From Pseudobdellovibrionaceae bacterium (lineage in GTDB: Bacteria; Bdellovibrionota; Bdellovibrionia; Bdellovibrionales; Bdellovibrionaceae): a stretch of DNA of 64,000 bases. Each line of letters opens with the position of its first letter. The first letter of the stretch is position 1. The position numbers were made by a program, and so were the translations under genes. Under the pieces are notes generated by a model. That model saw only the letters and a program-made list of their open reading frames with translations, was not told where the DNA came from and did not search any database. Location of the stretch: NCBI GenBank assembly GCA_039810425.1, contig JBDHWW010000002.1:64001-128000 (forward strand), written 5' to 3'. Below, piece by piece: positions 28,541 to 36,292 of this stretch.

Positions 28541-29509
28541 TTAAATCGTCGCCTTCGCTTTCTGCTTCTTATGCATTGTTTTTGGCTTCTTTGTTTCCGC
28601 CTTCATCTTTTCTGCATTTTCTTTTCTATTTTTTTCCATGGCTAAATAGCTTGAGATCATCGGCTTGATTATTTGAAAGCTCTTATTGACGCCATTCGAA
28701 TTTAGCTGCGTCCTCGAACCACCCATAAGATTTTCTGAGCGGAAAAGTTGATAGAACTCCCGCGTAAGTAATTGAAAATTGAAGCCAGAATAAGCCAAAT
28801 ATTCTTTTATCTCTTTTTTATCTACGTTAGCGCCGCTGAAAAATATTTGAGCTACAGAGGAACTCATTTGATTGTCAGGAAATATTTCACGGTTATATCG
28901 TATTCTTTCTGGAGATATAAGAAAGACGACTCGGGCTTTATCTTTCAATAAGAACTGGATAGACCGGAGTGGCACGAAACTTACATCGAGAAAAAATTCC
29001 CTTTTGTCGGTAGCCGAGCCTTCGACATTCCAGCTCGTCTCCAATCTATCCTGTATGAAAATGGCCTTCTTAACGGGCAACAGATAATCTAATCTAGGCA
29101 ACAACACTCGCGACCACGTGGGTTGATTCGTAAAAATTTCATCTTTAGAAAAGACTTCTGCAGTGAGAGGCGTGTCAGGTAAGTTCCTGCTAAAAAGCAC
29201 TTCTTCAAAATCCCTTGCAAACATTCTGGACGGCTGGACATAGAAAATGTAGTCAGGCTGTGACGTCTTTAGACGCTCTTGGAGAAAGAAGTACTGGCTA
29301 AGAGCGAATCCCGGAGATGTCTTTAGCTCCACTTGAACCGGCCTTCCCAAAGACTGTAACAAATAGGATTCCAGGTTGTGCAGGCTCGTTTTGAGTTCTG
29401 GCGTATCAGCACTCCAAATCTCCGGCGCAACAAGCCACACGATCAGTGGCCCGTCATCTGCTTTAGCCTGTAGACATAATAGTACAAGAAAGCTTAAAAC
29501 GTACTTCAA
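28541..29509 (-). CDS. Secreted SGNH/DltD-AlgJ-like protein with degenerate catalytic motifs
   Basis: Signal peptide; VQVE...PGFALSQY...QPDYIF and QLNSNG resemble SGNH blocks; no GDS or DxxH. Confidence 0.45.
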   Translation of the reverse strand: MKYVLSFLVLLCLQAKADDGPLIVWLVAPEIWSADTPELKTSLHNLESYLLQSLGRPVQVELKTSPGFALSQYFFLQERLKTSQPDYIFYVQPSRMFARDFEEVLFSRNLPDTPLTAEVFSKDEIFTNQPTWSRVLLPRLDYLLPVKKAIFIQDRLETSWNVEGSATDKREFFLDVSFVPLRSIQFLLKDKARVVFLISPERIRYNREIFPDNQMSSSVAQIFFSGANVDKKEIKEYLAYSGFNFQLLTREFYQLFRSENLMGGSRTQLNSNGVNKSFQIIKPMISSYLAMEKNRKENAEKMKAETKKPKTMHKKQKAKATI

Positions 29510-30840
29510 TAGAGTTCTCCAGTTTTGACTGCGTGGTTTAATTTATACTGATTTGGATAAAAAAGAACCTTTTGAGCCCAATCTTTCATCCCGTTACGAT
29601 ACCAATAAATGCTCTTATATCCTTTGGATTTTAAGTAAATAGCGGCTTTATACGCACGCCAATCATACTCGTTCTCACCAATGAGAACGATCGTCTTATT
29701 TTTTGGTATGTTGATACTATTCTTATAGCCTTCCTTGTGTCTCCTCAATCCTTTCGCATTCATCCTGCCACGAAAGACCGGCATGGAAAGTGCGTTTCTT
29801 TTTTCGGGGAAAGACATCGCTAATGTTCCCGGCAAAGAGAATTTTTTTTCCAAGCGAACGTCGACTATTGTATTTTTCTTTTTATCCCGCATAAACTCTC
29901 GAACTTGATTTGCCTCGACGACTATTGCCGCATCAGACTTATCCGGCGTTAGACACGGCTTTGCTTTGTCTCCATACTCCGCCATTCCACCGGGAAACCA
30001 ACCTACGTTTCTATACCCCATAGAGACTAGCAGTGTGACCGTGTTATAAGCAGAGTACTCTGCGGGACACCCAGAAATGATATTTACAGGCTCGCCTTTA
30101 TTTGCGGGAAGAGGGTTTTTACTAAACATGATCTTATGTTTTTTCATTTCCTCCGGTGACAAAATCTCAGAGGAAATTCGCATATAGTCAACATACTCAA
30201 GAGCCTTTGCATACTCCAGGGGAACCTTCTTTTTTAAGGTCGCGGGCCGGATATCATATACGTGACTGTTTTTTAAACTCTCCATGAACTCCTTTTTTTT
30301 AAGACTCTTAGCCTCAGGATGCACGCGAGGACTTCCATAAGATTTCAAAGTGTCGGACAAATGATCCGCTATGACAGTTACGGCAATAAGAGGAGCCATA
30401 TCAAGATCGGGACCTTTTCTCCCGGTAAAGTCAGCAATCTTATTTTTAAAATAATTTAACTCTTTTTCAGTCGCCTGGTGTGATTCACGTTTTTTGTACT
30501 CAGCATAGTTAATTTTTTCTACTTTCAGGATTTTAACAGTCCCTCTGTTTGCCCGCCAAAATACCAGGCTTTCTGAATTTTTCGTCTCTACCAACTCAAT
30601 TTTTTGATTAGGCATAAAACATTTATCGGTGTTCACAAAATAGAGCGTTTCTGGCTGGTTCTTAATCACCTTCCAAAATTTGGCACTATTCATGTGTATA
30701 TTTTTTTCCGCTGTTTTCTCTGAGCATGCTACGGCCGTGACGCCCTCCACGGCTGTCTTTTCGGCCGCCACCACAGGCCAGGCCAGTAGTGATAAGGCTA
30801 AAATGAAACAAGCAATATAACCGTTATAATTCACTTCCAT
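29506..30840 (-). CDS. Secreted tandem rhodanese-like protein
   Basis: Signal peptide; two YDIR/VDVR ... GYxxVxWF/YxGGMxxW/Y repeats. Confidence 0.75.
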   Translation of the reverse strand: MEVNYNGYIACFILALSLLAWPVVAAEKTAVEGVTAVACSEKTAEKNIHMNSAKFWKVIKNQPETLYFVNTDKCFMPNQKIELVETKNSESLVFWRANRGTVKILKVEKINYAEYKKRESHQATEKELNYFKNKIADFTGRKGPDLDMAPLIAVTVIADHLSDTLKSYGSPRVHPEAKSLKKKEFMESLKNSHVYDIRPATLKKKVPLEYAKALEYVDYMRISSEILSPEEMKKHKIMFSKNPLPANKGEPVNIISGCPAEYSAYNTVTLLVSMGYRNVGWFPGGMAEYGDKAKPCLTPDKSDAAIVVEANQVREFMRDKKKNTIVDVRLEKKFSLPGTLAMSFPEKRNALSMPVFRGRMNAKGLRRHKEGYKNSINIPKNKTIVLIGENEYDWRAYKAAIYLKSKGYKSIYWYRNGMKDWAQKVLFYPNQYKLNHAVKTGELY

Positions 30841-33227
30841 CGAACAAGCCCCCCAGACGTATCGAGTGAAAAAATAATTTCGCCATTGTTAATCCAAGGA
30901 ACAGAACTCAAACGGTCTCCGAGATTAATCCGCCTTTTAATGGTCCCTTTTAAAGAATTAAAAATACATAGTTCTCTTTCAAAACAATTTGCCAGAAGCT
31001 CCTCCTGCTGATTTTTCCCTTTTTTTTCTACAAGCAATACCGGGCTTGAGAAAAAAACTCCGCTTCCTTGATGCCGCCACAGTTCTTTTCCGTTCGAGAA
31101 GTCAAGGGCTATGGTTCTTCCAGAAGACGTGCTAATGTAGACAGCATTCGCTTTTTTTGACCATGTCGGCGAGCTTTGACAAGCGCCTTCTAAAGGCGAA
31201 TTCCAAAGGAGCTCACCCGTAGCTGCCTTCACCTTATAGATATTCTTGTCCCAAGAGCAGAAGACCACCGAACCATCAGCGACCATGGGTGTGCCCTTAA
31301 TCGCCAGTCCAATGGGGTACCGCCATGCAAACTTCCCGGTCACCACATCTAACGCGTTTAAATAGCCATTGTTCGAGCCCACAAAGACCAGCCTGCCGTC
31401 TTCTGAAAGTGCGGGCGACGAATGCGCCTGATCTCCAAAGAAGGGACTCTTCCACTGAAGCTCTCCTGTGGCGGCGTCAATTTTGGCAATAAAGCCGTCC
31501 GGTGGTGAAAAGGTCTCTACAGCAACGTAGATTGAACCTCGATCATATAAAGGCGAAGATCCAATAGTCTGGCCCAGAGGTAATAGCCAATTGAGTTCAC
31601 CTGACTCTTTATTAGCTGAATAAAGCATGCCGTCGTAGTCACCCCAATAAACTGAGTTTCCCGCTATAAGCCCGCTGCCGTGGATTCCTTTGTCCGCTGA
31701 TGTCGTCCACCGCCAAATTTCCCTTCCTGACATATCTATCGCAGAGAAATAGCCCTGATCAGAACCAGCAAAGATCTTAGTGCCGTCTGATATCGGAGAA
31801 CTTTTACTCGCTGTATGCCGTGAATCATTCCAATTTGGTTTGCGCCATATAGGTCGGCTCATCGGATGAATTAGCTCCTTAGTCTGGACAACTCCAGTAC
31901 GTTGAGCATCTTCACGATACATCACCGTCCTCTGCGAAGAATCCAATTTCGCACTTTGATAGCGCCATGGAGTGATTTCAGCCGAGCCATTCTTATTTGT
32001 CTCTATCCAAGGGTTGCTCCAAAGAGGGTTAAAGGATGGACTGCTCTTACAAATGTCATCCAATTTTACCGTCGGATGAAAATTGCTTTCACTGCTCAAT
32101 CGCGTCTGCAAAAAAAGGCTTACGGAAGCAGCGTCATTGTTTTTGCGATTGTACTCGCAAAGACGACGTGCGAATTCGAGATATAAGTAGGGCTCACAGC
32201 GAATCCGGGTTCCCACGTTTTCCAAATTGATCTGCATTTGAACATAGTGCCCTACTCCTTTATTGATCACAAAGCTATGTCGGCAAACCGCGCGGGCATC
32301 AAACATGTTGAGAGAGACAAGCCGGCCCTCCCCTGTTAGCGCCGAATTACCAGACAAAAGCATGGGGTAAATTTGGGCAAGAATAAATGCCCCAATTAAG
32401 AAACGATGTGGTCTATAAGACCAAATATCAGAAAGTCGTGGCGACGGAGTATCCGTCTTAAACATGAATATAAAAATGCTGAGGACACAAAACATAACGG
32501 CTGGATAAAATAGTCCTACAATTTGAATGGAGTATATGTGAAAGATAAAAAATTGAATCAAGGAGACTTTTTGTAAATGTCGTCTCGAACTCAAAAGTAA
32601 AAAAGAAATCCCAATCTCTAAAACTATCACATATACCGTGGCAAGCTGAATTGGAATCCATTTTAATGGCCCAATATCACCATAGAGAGCACTTCCTGAA
32701 ATCCACTCATTGTTCAGCTTAAGAACACCTGCTCCTAGATAGATCATGACAATGGCTATTGGAATCAATTGAATTTTACGTGGGACTAACAAGAAAATAA
32801 GAATAAAGATGAAGTGGATATAATGAAAGTTGCCCATCAAACGATAGTCTTGCGAATAAATAAAGAACTTAAATAATAGAATAAAGAATGAATAGCTGTA
32901 AGCCGCGGCAATTGATTTTCTTAGCCATAACGTCGATCCAATCAAACCCGCAATAAAATAAGTGACAAGAATCCAACGCCACAGCTCTGGCGTGCCAAAG
33001 CGAAAACTTTCGCAAAATTGCATAAAGGGCTGGCAATACCCCGGCGTGGCTTTGCTGATCTGGTTGTAGACTTCGCCGACAAAAAACCAATAAGAAAAAG
33101 TGAAGAAGTGAATAAGGGACAAAAGAAATCCATAATTTCGCAACGCCGGCGATTTCTGAATTTCTTCCCTATTAACCCGTATGAATTGCTTACTTTTTGC
33201 TGGCAAACCAGACGTCAACGACTTCAC
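30831..33227 (-). CDS. HTTM (vitamin-K carboxylase-like) membrane domain fused to a PQQ/BamB-type beta-propeller
   Basis: TM region with YLGAGVLKLNNEWISG and EGRLVSLNMFD; C-terminal repeats SSP...V...ALD..TG...W. Confidence 0.7.
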   Translation of the reverse strand: MKSLTSGLPAKSKQFIRVNREEIQKSPALRNYGFLLSLIHFFTFSYWFFVGEVYNQISKATPGYCQPFMQFCESFRFGTPELWRWILVTYFIAGLIGSTLWLRKSIAAAYSYSFFILLFKFFIYSQDYRLMGNFHYIHFIFILIFLLVPRKIQLIPIAIVMIYLGAGVLKLNNEWISGSALYGDIGPLKWIPIQLATVYVIVLEIGISFLLLSSRRHLQKVSLIQFFIFHIYSIQIVGLFYPAVMFCVLSIFIFMFKTDTPSPRLSDIWSYRPHRFLIGAFILAQIYPMLLSGNSALTGEGRLVSLNMFDARAVCRHSFVINKGVGHYVQMQINLENVGTRIRCEPYLYLEFARRLCEYNRKNNDAASVSLFLQTRLSSESNFHPTVKLDDICKSSPSFNPLWSNPWIETNKNGSAEITPWRYQSAKLDSSQRTVMYREDAQRTGVVQTKELIHPMSRPIWRKPNWNDSRHTASKSSPISDGTKIFAGSDQGYFSAIDMSGREIWRWTTSADKGIHGSGLIAGNSVYWGDYDGMLYSANKESGELNWLLPLGQTIGSSPLYDRGSIYVAVETFSPPDGFIAKIDAATGELQWKSPFFGDQAHSSPALSEDGRLVFVGSNNGYLNALDVVTGKFAWRYPIGLAIKGTPMVADGSVVFCSWDKNIYKVKAATGELLWNSPLEGACQSSPTWSKKANAVYISTSSGRTIALDFSNGKELWRHQGSGVFFSSPVLLVEKKGKNQQEELLANCFERELCIFNSLKGTIKRRINLGDRLSSVPWINNGEIIFSLDTSGGLVRWK

Positions 33228-34752
33228 CCTTCATTCTTTTACCGCTCTTCAATAGAGTAAAAGAGGACCGCTCTCTTAGCTCCGCCCGACTCCCAATTGC
33301 CAACGCCGCATTCTTCGAGTATCTCAAAGAAATAGATTCGACACCCGCCTCTTTCAAAGTTTTTAAATCCTTTTTTAGAGTTACACCCTTCCCTGTGGAG
33401 TCATGCCAAAGCCGCAGTTGGGGATAAATCGGATCTTTGGCGTCGATAACTCCATCTCCATTCTCATCAAATACGGCCAAGAGTTCAAACCCATTTAAGG
33501 AACTATCCTCGCTGCCAAACATTTCAGTGACATCGTTGATTATTCCATCGCTGTTTCTATCCAAAACTAAGAAGGCCGCATTAAGCTCTGGCTCTGGCCA
33601 ATAAGTTTTATCCGCATAACTACTCATTTTGAAATCGATGAATCGATTAAACTGGGCTTCCTGTCGATCGAAGAACAGCATCAATGGAGAAAAGTACCCC
33701 CCACAGAAATCGACTTGGCCTGGAAAGGCCGCGGTGATATTTAAGACTTTGAAATCGCTGGACCAAAAGGCTTCCCAATTTACGGAAATACCGCCATCTC
33801 TGCCCATATATTTTTGAATGTCCGCGGGCGCGTTAGTGTAATTGAATGGATTTGGAACTGGATTAACAACCGCATCGATGGCCCGTATTTGGTTCCACCA
33901 GGCGAAGCGTGGCTGGCCCCATCCGGGATCTTTATTAAATGCCGGCCCATCACGCATTGGTACCTCATCCACCACGGGGGTTCCTGGATCATTGATCGTT
34001 CCGCCACCGCCATCGCCGCCGCCATCACCGCCATCGCCGCCTGCATATGACTTTTCCGTAGCGCCCCATGAAAGCCACTTAAATGGAGTCATGAAAGAGG
34101 ATAGTGCCGTTTGAATTCCCCAAGGCCTTATCTTTTGCTTTTCTTCAAGCTTTGAGACCTTAACTTGTCCCACGACACTGTACACATCTTGAGTGACATC
34201 AACTTGGCTCACTAAAGAAGCGAAGTCGGAATTCGTATAGGTATTTCCCGTGAGTGGAACCCCGGGGGTTATGCTTAGTGGTGCATTAAAAATGATAGTA
34301 TTTCCAAAAGCGCTGGTGAGGCCTGGCTGGCGTCCGGTCGGCTCGTAAGGCCAGTCATTGTTGTCTGGCGATTTATCAACATAAAAAACAGAGCCATTAA
34401 CAATAGCCAGCGGATTAGGAAAGGGTACCATCGTGCTTTGCTTTGTATTCATAACCATCCAGCCAGGAAATACGATGGAAAATGAATCTCCATTTCGAAA
34501 GGCCATACTAAACTTGATACTTCCGGTCGGCGAAATAGGATTTGGAACACTACGAAGATTCGTGCCAAAACACGAAACATTCATTCTTACTTGAAAGCCC
34601 ATTGTAGGATCGCTAAAAGAGCTGGCTTGATCAGAAAATATTATTGTATCTGTGGCCCGGCCCGCTTGGCTGGGACGAACCAACACTTGAGCCCCCTGCA
34701 CCGGGCCTGATGTTGCTGCCAATAAAATGCTTAGAAATACTTTTTTCTTCAT
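33190..34752 (-). CDS. Secreted protein with C-terminal FrpC self-processing-module-like EF-hand domain
   Basis: Signal peptide; SPL...LVLDRNSDGIIND..EMFG...NGFELLAVFDENGDGVIDAKD..Y..LRLWHD. Confidence 0.7.
   Translation of the reverse strand: MKKKVFLSILLAATSGPVQGAQVLVRPSQAGRATDTIIFSDQASSFSDPTMGFQVRMNVSCFGTNLRSVPNPISPTGSIKFSMAFRNGDSFSIVFPGWMVMNTKQSTMVPFPNPLAIVNGSVFYVDKSPDNNDWPYEPTGRQPGLTSAFGNTIIFNAPLSITPGVPLTGNTYTNSDFASLVSQVDVTQDVYSVVGQVKVSKLEEKQKIRPWGIQTALSSFMTPFKWLSWGATEKSYAGGDGGDGGGDGGGGTINDPGTPVVDEVPMRDGPAFNKDPGWGQPRFAWWNQIRAIDAVVNPVPNPFNYTNAPADIQKYMGRDGGISVNWEAFWSSDFKVLNITAAFPGQVDFCGGYFSPLMLFFDRQEAQFNRFIDFKMSSYADKTYWPEPELNAAFLVLDRNSDGIINDVTEMFGSEDSSLNGFELLAVFDENGDGVIDAKDPIYPQLRLWHDSTGKGVTLKKDLKTLKEAGVESISLRYSKNAALAIGSRAELRERSSFTLLKSGKRMKGEVVDVWFASKK
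34000..34041 (-). repeat. Gly/Asp low-complexity repeat encoding GGDGGDGGGDGGGG
   Basis: ccgcca/ccatcg triplet repeats inside the 33190-34752 CDS. Confidence 0.8.
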
Positions 34753-34753
34753 T

Positions 34754-35749
34754 TTATTTTCCTAGCCTTTGCTCCGACGTTTGAGGTGTCACATCAATGG
34801 TGATTGTTGGATCGCTGATGTTAGGTCGGGCGAATACCACCTGAACGATGCGATCGCCAATGAGAACCGGAGAACCAAAGCTCGCTCCATTCCAAGTACT
34901 ATAGTAAAAGTCGCCCGCATGGTTTCCGTAGGCCACTACCGGATTTGCTTTTATCTCATACTTTATCAATCGCACGGTTCGCACCAAGAGTGGCGGGATA
35001 CCGCCACTAGCTGGTGGAATGGTTTTCAAATAGTCATCAAAATCTAAGATACTAACTGCGTTGTTTTGAGCATTTTTAAAAGAAACCACGCCACCAAAAT
35101 TCTCTGTATTGCAGGGTGTTCCAGGGACATTTGTACAGCGGATAAAGTAACTGGTTGAATTCGGCATGGTGCTCGTCGAAGCTCCAATATTTCTCATCGT
35201 CGAGGGCACATAAACTTCGAGAACCTGGGTCGCCTTCATTAGGAAGTTTGGGTTCAAAGCACTGACAAATTGCCTAAAGAGACTCCAGTCCAACAGGGAG
35301 GTCGCCGGCGTGGAAGCCAAGGAAAGGTTGTAGAATTTCGCCGGGTCCATAAGTAGAACTTCGGGGTATCCACTACTAACTTGCGCGGTGAATGATTCGC
35401 TTAAAAGCGCAAGAAAACTAGTGCTTCCGCCAGTTAAGTTCAGCGTGATTTTCCGAGTCATGCCCGGAGTACTTGTCGTCACCGCCAGATCGCGGTTTAA
35501 ATCATAGAAATTTTGACTGTTATCGTCGGGTTGAAGCACATTATTGAAAGATGGCGCTGCATTTTTCAAGTGCATCCAAACATATCTTTCAGCAAGTGCC
35601 TGTGTAGTGTGAGAGTCGCTCTTAACACGAACTCGATTTTCCATAATACGCATGTATTGGACTATGTCCATAAGCGCGAGCAACACCATGCCGGCAAGGG
35701 CGATGGCGACACACAACTCTGTGATGGTGAAACCCCGACTGTCTCTCAT
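34754..35749 (-). CDS. Type IV minor pilin/pseudopilin (PilW-like)
   Basis: Class III signal RG/FTITE followed by a hydrophobic helix. Confidence 0.85.
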   Translation of the reverse strand: MRDSRGFTITELCVAIALAGMVLLALMDIVQYMRIMENRVRVKSDSHTTQALAERYVWMHLKNAAPSFNNVLQPDDNSQNFYDLNRDLAVTTSTPGMTRKITLNLTGGSTSFLALLSESFTAQVSSGYPEVLLMDPAKFYNLSLASTPATSLLDWSLFRQFVSALNPNFLMKATQVLEVYVPSTMRNIGASTSTMPNSTSYFIRCTNVPGTPCNTENFGGVVSFKNAQNNAVSILDFDDYLKTIPPASGGIPPLLVRTVRLIKYEIKANPVVAYGNHAGDFYYSTWNGASFGSPVLIGDRIVQVVFARPNISDPTITIDVTPQTSEQRLGK

Positions 35750-35755
35750 ACCTAC

Positions 35756-36292
35756 CTAGTTTGTATTAATCAAAAAGTAGTAAAAATTATCCTGCAACTC
35801 TGTTGCCGTTGCACTCAGATCTTTCTGAATATGGGCGACACGAATCGTTCCTTCAAACATCCCACTCACGTTTGTCGAGGGTAAAATTGTATATGAAATT
35901 AAACCGTCGCAATACGAATCCGTGGGTAAATTGGATCCATTAGGCGTCGCTGTTAATGTCGGATTATTTGGATCACATTTTGGAGGGTTACCATTACTAC
36001 CGACATACATAACAGCTCCAGCGTAACCGTAAGAGAAACTTGACAAGAAACTTTGGCTGGTCCCCGCATTAATAGTAAAGTTTTTCTGATAAACTGCAGG
36101 TTCACCTTTAATCGTTTCAATAATTTGAGAAACGACTTGATATTCAGATGTCGCTCTCACTGTATTACTGTCTGTTTTAAAAAGCTGAAGACTTCCATCC
36201 ACAATCATATAGAACACTGCCACCAGCAAAACCATCGCTAACAAGCTTTCAATAATAGTCTGACCATGGTTGTTTCTGATGAAATTTCTCAC
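35756..36292 (-). CDS. Type IV minor pilin (PilV-like)
   Basis: Class III signal HG/QTIIE followed by a hydrophobic helix. Confidence 0.75.
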   Translation of the reverse strand: MRNFIRNNHGQTIIESLLAMVLLVAVFYMIVDGSLQLFKTDSNTVRATSEYQVVSQIIETIKGEPAVYQKNFTINAGTSQSFLSSFSYGYAGAVMYVGSNGNPPKCDPNNPTLTATPNGSNLPTDSYCDGLISYTILPSTNVSGMFEGTIRVAHIQKDLSATATELQDNFYYFLINTN

